A stretch of 64,000 bases of DNA from Amoebidium appalachense (Eukaryota; Protista; Ichthyosporea), in assembly GCA_963693365.1 (NCBI GenBank), contig CAVNZM010000010.1, forward strand, positions 4,904,060 through 4,968,059, given 5' to 3'. A program made the position numbers and the translations under genes. The notes below the pieces were generated by a model that saw only the letters and a list, made by a program, of their open reading frames with translations, ran no database searches and was not told where the DNA came from. Position 1 is the first letter of the stretch. Every line of letters begins with the position of its first letter. Positions 42,468 to 64,000 of this stretch are shown piece by piece.

Positions 42468-43043
42468 CTTATCTCAAAACTACAGACAACAATACAGTTA
42501 ACAGTAGGAAAACTTGAAATAAACCCAATCGCAGACGTTCTGTACTTTGTGTCTGCCTGACTACTCACATGTGTAGTTCTCAGTGCACGTGTACACAATT
42601 TGCGCGCCGACTTGATTACGGTTAGTCTTACAAATAGACCCCAATATGAGTCATGTTTTGGCCGTAAATCAAAGGTGATCTAATGAATCTAAGAGAATAC
42701 TTTTGGACTATACTCGCTCGAATGAGACAAGTTCATACACGTGCAAAGTGCCAAAACGTTTGACTGAGGGAGAGAGAGAGGGGGAGAGAGAGAGAGAGAG
42801 GGAGGGAGTGAGTTAAGAAGAAAAAGTAGCACATTAGCAAGGTGGTCTAACTTAGGTGTTAGGGTTTCTTTACTTGCCACCGTAATTTACTTTTTGCTGG
42901 TTATCGGAGGTGTCAAGCTTGCTTTCAGTTACTCTTTTTTTTTGCACATCACTCACTCTCTTTGGTTCCTTTTGATAGTGATGTTATAAACAACGCCACA
43001 ATCCTAGTATCTACAAGCGAAACAGAGCGACAAACAAGCGAGG
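42468..43043. promoter_or_regulatory. Probable bidirectional promoter between DNAJC2 (-) and WDR36 (+)
   Basis: Head-to-head start codons about 580 bp apart. Confidence 0.5.
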
Positions 43044-63959
<20,916 letters not shown>

Positions 63960-64000
63960 AAATTGTCTTTCATATCCCGTTGAAAGAAGGCCGTTTTGTG

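Overview
Eukaryotic, very intron-rich genomic DNA full of poly-C/poly-G and (CA)n tracts. The animal-like BPTF and DNAJC2 sequences suggest an opisthokont, possibly a unicellular holozoan (inference only). Most ORF-track entries are low-complexity artefacts. Genes reconstructed by hand from exons: the 3' part of a protein disulfide isomerase ending in KDEL (+, to 3080); a one-intron ATP-grasp ligase (-, 5669-7427); a large BPTF/NURF301-like gene (-, 9427-38277) lacking its DDT N-terminus; a 3'-truncated DNAJC2/zuotin gene (-, 38939-42467) that can splice in frame into the BPTF exons; and a complete 25-exon WDR36/UTP21 gene (+, 43044-63959). Most notable non-coding signals: (1) a ~610-bp non-coding retroelement-like family with at least 18 copies or fragments. 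All are sense to the host gene, most sit next to poly-C, and the conserved core folds as a hammerhead ribozyme with its three strands in a non-circularly permuted order, beside palindromic-loop hairpins. (2) Five near-identical box H/ACA snoRNA-like units in one UTP21 intron. Also present: a piggyBac-type MITE, a 37-bp-TIR element, and 3' splice sites embedded in (CA)n. Several 1-nt indels in coding exons suggest imperfect polishing.
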